From assembly GCA_017519305.1 (NCBI GenBank), contig JAFWSN010000001.1, forward strand, positions 120,296-184,295: a stretch of DNA of 64,000 nt, in the 5' to 3' direction. Made by a program: the position numbers and the translations under genes. This DNA is from Candidatus Saccharimonadota bacterium (lineage in GTDB: Bacteria > Patescibacteriota > Saccharimonadia > Saccharimonadales > Saccharimonadaceae). Positions 58,020-64,000 of the stretch are shown here, one piece after another; the stretch's first letter is position 1; each line of letters begins with the position of its first letter. The notes below the pieces were generated by a model. It saw only the letters and a program-made list of their open reading frames with translations. It made no database searches and was not told the DNA's origin.

Positions 58020-58958
58020 TTACTCCGTCACCGGCATCGAGATTTTGCCCTGATGCTCATAATTTTCCAGCTTGATATCTTTGAGTTCTTTAGAATTGTC
58101 AAACTTAAAGAAATCCTTGATTTCTGGGTTAATCCAAAGCTTTGGCGCGTCAAAGAGTTTACCGTCTTTTTTGAGCTTCTCATCGCGACGAGCGAGTTGT
58201 TCTTTGATGCCGTCGATTTGGTTTTCATAAATATGGGCATTATTAATTACGTAGGTAAATTGACCAGGTTTGAGGCCGGTAGATTGTGCGATCAAATGGC
58301 AGAGTACGGCGTACTGGGCCACATTGAATGGCATGCCGAGCGGCACATCGTTCGAGCGTACGGTAACCATCATGTTGAGTTTGTCGCCAGTCACATTCCA
58401 TTGCGAATTCCAAACACAAGATGGCAAAGCGGCAGTTGGAAGCCATTCATTTTGCCAGAGCGACATAATCATACGGCGGTTGGCCGGGTCGGTTTTGAGT
58501 GTTTCGATAAGAGAAGGCGTGAGCTGATATTTATTAACAATCCAGCCGTAGGCGGTACCAATAGTGTGTGCAAATTCTTTGCCGAAATGTTTGCCCATAT
58601 AATCGCCATTCTCATCGATTTCCCATTCATCCCAAATTTTGATGCCACGGTCGTGTAGCCAGCGCACATCATTGCTCATAGCCTGGTAAATCCAAAGCAT
58701 CTCGAGCACAGCGGTTTTGAACGCAACAAATTTAGTAGTAAGAATCGGGAATTCTTCCGAGAGATCAAAAGTGAGTACCTGATGAGGGAGAGAATAAGTC
58801 GTAGTCGGCTTAGCAGTCTGCGCTACATGGGTCGGCATGTTGGTGCCAGTCGAAGCAGCGGTCTTTTTGCTTAGGACTTTCGGATCAGTGGTAACTTTCT
58901 CGCCGTATTTTAGAATCCTTTCACAAAGGTCAAGATACGACTCATCAAATTTGCTCAT
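58020..58958 (-). CDS. thyA: Thymidylate synthase (ThyA)
   Basis: FPILTTK, EMLWI, IWDEW, RRMI, LPSC, RSNDVPLGMPFN, HIYEN. Confidence 0.95.
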   Translation of the reverse strand: MSKFDESYLDLCERILKYGEKVTTDPKVLSKKTAASTGTNMPTHVAQTAKPTTTYSLPHQVLTFDLSEEFPILTTKFVAFKTAVLEMLWIYQAMSNDVRWLHDRGIKIWDEWEIDENGDYMGKHFGKEFAHTIGTAYGWIVNKYQLTPSLIETLKTDPANRRMIMSLWQNEWLPTAALPSCVWNSQWNVTGDKLNMMVTVRSNDVPLGMPFNVAQYAVLCHLIAQSTGLKPGQFTYVINNAHIYENQIDGIKEQLARRDEKLKKDGKLFDAPKLWINPEIKDFFKFDNSKELKDIKLENYEHQGKISMPVTE

Positions 58959-59032
58959 AAAACCTCCTTTAATATTTTTATTTTAGCATAAAAAAAGCCC
59001 AGGCAATACTTTGTCTGGACTTAAAAGGTTGG

Positions 59033-59878
59033 TTAGTTGTGTGATGCAATGAAGTCGTTCAGCCAGCCTATCTCTTTGCCGCGAATGGCCAGAGAGAAAG
59101 ACTGAATAATCTCGAGGAAAACAGCAGTATATTTCCAGTATTTTTCATCAAAGAAAATCGGATAAATTACAAGGGTATGATAGAACCAGTTGTCTACCGG
59201 AGAATCATTGCCAGTATATTCCATATGGCTCCGGTCTAACGCGGACACATCTTTGTAATTCATGCTGCCTTTTTTACCCTCGGCTTCGAGGATAAAGTTT
59301 TTCAGAATGGCACCGCATTTGTCGATCTGGGTGCCAATCACGCCAAGCTCGGTCTGGTCTTCGCCCTTGAGCTCTTTGGTCGCCTGCATTTCGCGCATCA
59401 GGCCGACGCCAAGATTAACCAGGGCCGGAGGAAAACCAGCTTTGATGAGATAATTTTCGATGAAAGCAAACTCGTCTTTGTCTTTGGCTTCGTTGTCTCT
59501 TGTGCCGTCGTCGGGAATGTCGCCAGTGCCAAGCTCTCCAAGTTCGTGTATCGTAACCAGGAAATGCAGCAGGTAAAAGCGATAATGCCCGCCGTAGCGT
59601 TCGTATTCGCCGTCGGGCTGCCGAAACATCCACGGATAGAATACGCTTAACAAAAAAACAATATTCTTCAATTCATCGCAGTGCTCCTGATCGGATTGCA
59701 CGCGATTCTTGAAGAATGGTCCTTCTACCGACCTATCAAGCAGTTTGTCGCGTTCCTCTGTGCCAAAATAGCCACAAAGAATCGCGCCGCTCCTTTTGAT
59801 GTTGCTAAGCGCAATAAGAGGTCGGTAAGCCTCATAGAATTTTCTTCCTGTTTCTGTTGCATGAATAGGTCTCAACAT
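59033..59878 (-). CDS. HD-domain protein (YfbR/HDDC2-like, divergent)
   Basis: IKRSG, SDQEH, HELGE..GDI (HE in place of HD), IDK. Confidence 0.6.
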   Translation of the reverse strand: MLRPIHATETGRKFYEAYRPLIALSNIKRSGAILCGYFGTEERDKLLDRSVEGPFFKNRVQSDQEHCDELKNIVFLLSVFYPWMFRQPDGEYERYGGHYRFYLLHFLVTIHELGELGTGDIPDDGTRDNEAKDKDEFAFIENYLIKAGFPPALVNLGVGLMREMQATKELKGEDQTELGVIGTQIDKCGAILKNFILEAEGKKGSMNYKDVSALDRSHMEYTGNDSPVDNWFYHTLVIYPIFFDEKYWKYTAVFLEIIQSFSLAIRGKEIGWLNDFIASHN

Positions 59879-60054
59879 CAGAAACCCCCCTTTCTAAATT
59901 GTAATGTGCTCCACCAACCTTTTCGGCCATTATAACATGTTTTCCGCCGATACGGTAGCCGAGTTTTACCCCGAGGAAGGCTTAAGCAGATTGACTAAAA
60001 GCGCAATCTATGATATAATAAAAAGACATTCTATATTGAAAGGGGGGCTTTTCC

Positions 60055-60717
60055 ATGAAGAAAAGTACCAGAAAGAACATTACAATCGAGATAACAAAGG
60101 GAACCAGGATCGAGGAGATCCATCTGAAGAACGTACGACACACCGAAATCGGCGTTGATATTGCCATATCGGCAATCGACATGCATTTGGCGTGCGGCTC
60201 TCCGAGTTTCATCACACATGATGAGGCGGCGACACTGACGTCCGTTATCGGCAATCGCGTCATGGTGGACAAGAAGGCTACGGTAGAGTATGTCTACTGG
60301 GCAGTTATCGCTGAACATGCTTGTAATTCAGACGATAAATGCTTCTGTAGCAAGCCTTTACCAGAGAAAACTAGTCCCACCAGATTTGCTGTGGCGGAGG
60401 AAATTCTCCTCATGGAGATGTCCGATGCCGATAAGATGGCATATCTACCACTTCGAATTACCGCCTATAAGACTCGTCGGAAACTCGAGGCTAGAAGTGG
60501 TAGACAGCAACAGCCGCGGGTGCGGGATGACGATACGGTCGAAGATGTCACTGCGTTTTTCCGCAGAGCGCTTGCGACTGGCAAGATGCCGAATCTCAAG
60601 CCTCAGATAGTGGAAAAAGAAGTGGGGAACAAGCCAGATCGTTTCGATTTGGTAATTGGGTTTCTTGAAGAACAGCTCAACCAGCTGCGGATAAAAGAAA
60701 TTACTTCTGCTTCTTAA
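60055..60717 (+). CDS. Hypothetical protein
   Basis: TTGACT-17-TATAAT (59991-60019), GAAAGGGGGG SD, hairpin terminator 60757-60788; no recognised motif. Confidence 0.65.
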   Translation: MKKSTRKNITIEITKGTRIEEIHLKNVRHTEIGVDIAISAIDMHLACGSPSFITHDEAATLTSVIGNRVMVDKKATVEYVYWAVIAEHACNSDDKCFCSKPLPEKTSPTRFAVAEEILLMEMSDADKMAYLPLRITAYKTRRKLEARSGRQQQPRVRDDDTVEDVTAFFRRALATGKMPNLKPQIVEKEVGNKPDRFDLVIGFLEEQLNQLRIKEITSAS

Positions 60718-60879
60718 AAAGTGGCAGAATTCTCCATAGTTATTCTCCTTGTCTGCGGGGTCGATGCATAAGCATCGGCCCCATTTTTATGCAATAAAAT
60801 GCGAAAATTAAAATGCTTGTGTATGCAAAATGCTCATGTTACCATAAAAATAATATTTACATAAAAACGTGGAGGTTTT

Positions 60880-63315
60880 GTGGGAAAAATTAAGGTTTTT
60901 CTGGCTGCGTTAGCGCTTTGCGCGGTGCCAGTAATTCTATATTCTACCGCTTCAGCAGCGGGGAACTTTGGACTAGAAAATATTACGGTGCTTGATAAAG
61001 CTACTGACGTTGTTGCGGAAACGCCAACTGTTTCCGGCAATACCGCAACCTCCACGATCATTTTCCACCAACTAGACGACTATGTCGTGTACAATTTAAG
61101 CCTAAAAAACTCCACTTCTACTTCTTTTCAAATCCTAGACATCACGGACGACAACGCTAGTGAATTGGTAGAATACTCATACGATAACCACGCAGACGAG
61201 GTGGTCGAATCCGGTGAGGCGCTCAATCTCGAAGTCACTATTACCTACGTGCAGGAGCACCTAGACGACAGTGATCGTACTATCGACAACAATGTTAAAT
61301 TCACAGTTTCCTACCTAGACTTACTGACCGGCGAGGTCGAAGAAGACGAAGTGGTCTTAGTGCCGAATACCGGTGCGAGCACATTTCTGGGCGGGATTTT
61401 TAGTAGTGCCTCCAACGCTATCGTCTTGGCTGCCCTAATTTTGGCTGGCATTGCGTTTGTTGTCGCACTTATTTATAAAAAGAAACGTGCCGTGTTGGTC
61501 TTGGCTTTTGCGATCATGTCTGTTGTTGCTGGCTTCTCTTACATGAATGCTGTAGCTGAAGAGGCTGAAGATATGGACATAACGTTTAGTAGTGAAATCA
61601 GATTGAGAGACTATGTCTATGGCGAAGTCTATTATAAGGACTCTTATACTGGCGAGGACGCCTATATGGATCCTGAAGAATTTGGCGGCCCTATGCCTTA
61701 TACTGAATGTTTGGAAAATGAATATTGGTATTGTCGCTACTTTGGTGATATTTTTGACCCTGAATGGTGGGATGCTCCACAGGGCTTGATGATTACTGGT
61801 TTTCAATTTACTGGCACCAATACGGAAGTTGACCCAGAGGCACTTATTTTGGATGATTTTAGTGTGACTATTATCTATGGTGAGCCAACATTTAACATTA
61901 CTTATGATTATGAAGGCGGTACGGTGGCAGAAGCTAATCCTGCTTCCGTTAAGGCTTCTGATGAACCGTTTACTTTGCATGCACCGACTAAAGATGGGGT
62001 ATTATTCGGCTGTTGGCAAGAGTCTGGTATGCCGGCGGGTCAGTGTCAGAGTGAAATAACTATCAACCCAAGTGAATTAACCAGAGATTTGCATTATAAA
62101 GCTATTTATGAGTTTGAAGCTGTAATTTATGACCAATATGGGAACGAGCTCGAGCGTGGTAGAGCGATTGACGGCGTTGGGCTTGGTTCAGGTTATTATT
62201 ATTCCGTTGTATTTATGAACGTGTCTGGGTATAAAGTTAATAGTGGTTCTTGCACTAACGGTCAGCGCCTAAGATATATGGGTAGCAGTACCGCTCCTTA
62301 TCCTTCATATGAGGTAGATAGTATTTCTGCAAGTACCGTTTGTACGCTTAATATTGTAACCGTCCCAATGGAAGTTAGTTTGAATGTCATTGGTGGAACT
62401 GGCTCTGGAACGCTCAATGTGGCGCTTGGTGAAGATGCAATTTTTGAGAATATAACAGCAAATGCAGGTTACATGTTGGCAGACAGTGTAAGTTGTACTA
62501 ACGATCAGACTGCTGCAATTTCCGGGAACAAAGTGGTTGTCAGTAATGTTACTAAAAATACTCAATGTACTGTCAGGAACACTCAGCTTTCATTTTACAC
62601 TATGACCGAAATGCAACAGATGACTCCTGAAATGTGCGCGTCGGCCACCACGCCGAATGTGGGAGCAACTCAGTTTGATGCCACTGGGAATTATAAAAAC
62701 AACAAAAACTATATTCCGCGCAGAACCCTCGTCGATACACGTGATAACAAAACTTATCAAGTTTCTAAGCTTGCCGATGGCAAATGTTGGATGACTCAGA
62801 ACCTAGCTATAGGAAACGCCGAAGCTACAATGACGCTCACTCCAGAAGACTCTGATGTCCTCGGTGCCTTTACGTTGCCAAAAAGCGATATAACTGTTTT
62901 TGCGGGCACCGTAGATATTAGCGCTGTTTATGTTGATGATACATTTGGCGGGTACTATTCTTCGAGGACTGCTAATGCGGACTCTGTGCAGGCTGGGGAT
63001 GCATCGATTTGTCCGAAAGGCTGGACGTTGCCAACTATCACGAATACCTCTGGTGATTGGACGAATTTGATTAATAAATATAATTACTCTAGCGTTCGCT
63101 CGCTTTACAATGAACCAATTAATCTCACTCATAGCTATTATGTTAAAAATGGTGCGATTTATCGCAATAATGTGTTTGATACATATTATATTGGTCCTAC
63201 AGTGAATAGCGCGTATTCATTTAGTAGCTTGGGTGTTACCATAAACGATAACTGGACGGGTACTTCTAGAATTGAAAGTGGCGAAGGCGGAAACGTCCGC
63301 TGTATTGCGAGATAA
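60880..63315 (+). CDS. Surface protein with internal VPNTG motif, InlB-B-like repeats and C-terminal FISUMP (Fib_succ_major) domain
   Basis: Signal peptide; VPNTG 61360-61374; TM-KKKR-hydrophobic-AVA; DTRDNKTY, GKCWMTQNL, SICPKGWTLP, NVRCI. Confidence 0.82.
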   Translation: MGKIKVFLAALALCAVPVILYSTASAAGNFGLENITVLDKATDVVAETPTVSGNTATSTIIFHQLDDYVVYNLSLKNSTSTSFQILDITDDNASELVEYSYDNHADEVVESGEALNLEVTITYVQEHLDDSDRTIDNNVKFTVSYLDLLTGEVEEDEVVLVPNTGASTFLGGIFSSASNAIVLAALILAGIAFVVALIYKKKRAVLVLAFAIMSVVAGFSYMNAVAEEAEDMDITFSSEIRLRDYVYGEVYYKDSYTGEDAYMDPEEFGGPMPYTECLENEYWYCRYFGDIFDPEWWDAPQGLMITGFQFTGTNTEVDPEALILDDFSVTIIYGEPTFNITYDYEGGTVAEANPASVKASDEPFTLHAPTKDGVLFGCWQESGMPAGQCQSEITINPSELTRDLHYKAIYEFEAVIYDQYGNELERGRAIDGVGLGSGYYYSVVFMNVSGYKVNSGSCTNGQRLRYMGSSTAPYPSYEVDSISASTVCTLNIVTVPMEVSLNVIGGTGSGTLNVALGEDAIFENITANAGYMLADSVSCTNDQTAAISGNKVVVSNVTKNTQCTVRNTQLSFYTMTEMQQMTPEMCASATTPNVGATQFDATGNYKNNKNYIPRRTLVDTRDNKTYQVSKLADGKCWMTQNLAIGNAEATMTLTPEDSDVLGAFTLPKSDITVFAGTVDISAVYVDDTFGGYYSSRTANADSVQAGDASICPKGWTLPTITNTSGDWTNLINKYNYSSVRSLYNEPINLTHSYYVKNGAIYRNNVFDTYYIGPTVNSAYSFSSLGVTINDNWTGTSRIESGEGGNVRCIAR

Positions 63316-63403
63316 AAAATGGTCTTCCCGCTACGCGGGAGACCATCGGGCGTCACCTCAAAAAATCCAAAGCAAGCTTTGGATTTTTATTCGGTTCCTA
63401 CGA

Positions 63404-63479
63404 TGGTGGAGCATAGGAGATTCGAACTCCTCACCTCTTCCATGCCATGGAAGCGCTCTACCAAATGAGCTAATGCCCC
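63404..63479 (-). tRNA. tRNA-Ala(GGC)
   Basis: GGGGCAT/ATGCTCC acceptor with G3:U70; CTTCC-ATGGCAT-GGAAG; CCA encoded. Confidence 0.96.
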
Positions 63480-63539
63480 ATCAGGACTATTCTATTATAG
63501 CACACTTCTATGATATAATCAAAGGCGAAAGGAGCAAAT

Positions 63540-64000
63540 ATGCAAACAATCTTAACCGGTATCCGGTCAAATAGTGTACTAACTTTAGGCAATTATCTTG
63601 GCGCCCTCCTTCCGATGGTCCGCCTCGCCAACGAGTACAGTAAAGACTGGCAAGTCAACATTTTTGTTCCAGATCTTCATTCGATTATTTCTGACGTCGA
63701 CGGTAGTCTCAAAGAAAACACCATCCGCAGTATCAAATATTACCTTGCTGCCGGTCTCGAAATCAACGATAACGTCCATATTTATCGCCAATCCTACGTT
63801 CCGGCTCATTCTGAGCTTTGCTGGATTTTGAACTGTGTTGCCACCATGGGTGAAACTTCTCGCATGATCCAATTCAAGGAGAAAAGCAAAGGTCAAGAAT
63901 CCTGCAATGTTGGTATCTTCGACTACCCAATTTTGATGGCTGCAGACATCTTGCTCTACGATGCGACTTTTGTCCCAGTGGGCGAAGACCAATTCCAGCA
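63540..64000 (+). CDS. trpS: Tryptophanyl-tRNA synthetase (3' truncated by the window edge)
   Basis: Translated by hand: TGIRSN..LTLGNYLGA, VPDLHS, RQSYVPAHSEL, YPILMAADILLY, VPVGEDQ. Absent from the ORF track because there is no stop in the window. Confidence 0.95.
   Translation, partial: MQTILTGIRSNSVLTLGNYLGALLPMVRLANEYSKDWQVNIFVPDLHSIISDVDGSLKENTIRSIKYYLAAGLEINDNVHIYRQSYVPAHSELCWILNCVATMGETSRMIQFKEKSKGQESCNVGIFDYPILMAADILLYDATFVPVGEDQFQ

Noticed and set aside
59906-59915. TGCTCCACCA matching the tRNA-Ala(GGC) 3' end, as a possible island boundary
   Set aside because: Only 10 bp, inverted relative to that tRNA (att sites are direct repeats), and no integrase; compatible with chance.
59033-63315. 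Calling this region a prophage or integrative element at tRNA-Ala(GGC)
   Set aside because: No integrase, phage genes or flanking direct repeats; only accessory-looking genes.
1-64000. The many short overlapping or antisense ORFs in the six-frame track (e.g. 1514-2122, 9130-9597, 25558-26487, 33929-34384, 58053-58658)
   Set aside because: They are shadows of well-supported genes on the other strand or frame, with no motifs or independent start signals.

Overview
Core-genome segment of a reduced-genome bacterium, most likely Candidatus Saccharibacteria (Patescibacteria/CPR). This is an inference from the absence of rpmD (L30), the Cys-free L32/L36 forms, compact housekeeping genes and standard code 11. 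Translation and transcription genes: rplF-rplR-rpsE-rplO, rpoBC, secY, infA-rpmJ-rpsMKD-rpoA-rplQ-rplM-rpsI, metG, pheST, leuS, partial trpS and four tRNAs. Other core genes: ftsEX-CHAP-S41, sbcB, ldh, trxB, an aquaporin, nusB/rnc and a thyA-folA-glyA operon. Several large surface proteins (BspA/DUF285 LRR, InlB-B-like, FISUMP) and single-gene orphan cassettes are interspersed. Most unusual signals: (1) a sortase gene overlapping secY, plus two paralogous surface proteins with an internal VP(D/N)TG sorting signal followed by a second signal-peptide-like segment, a possible two-in-one polyprotein export system; (2) an RNA polymerase beta' that has lost all eight Zn-ligand cysteines and has altered catalytic (NADYDGD) and trigger-loop (LDTKH) motifs; (3) unannotated structured RNAs downstream of rnc, upstream of rpoB and between infA and rpmJ; (4) widespread apparently leaderless mRNAs; (5) two tRNA-Ala genes with a compensatory A19-U56 elbow pair. 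No CRISPR array, rRNA, integrase, transposase or reverse transcriptase was seen. Family assignments come from motif recognition by eye, not from database searches.
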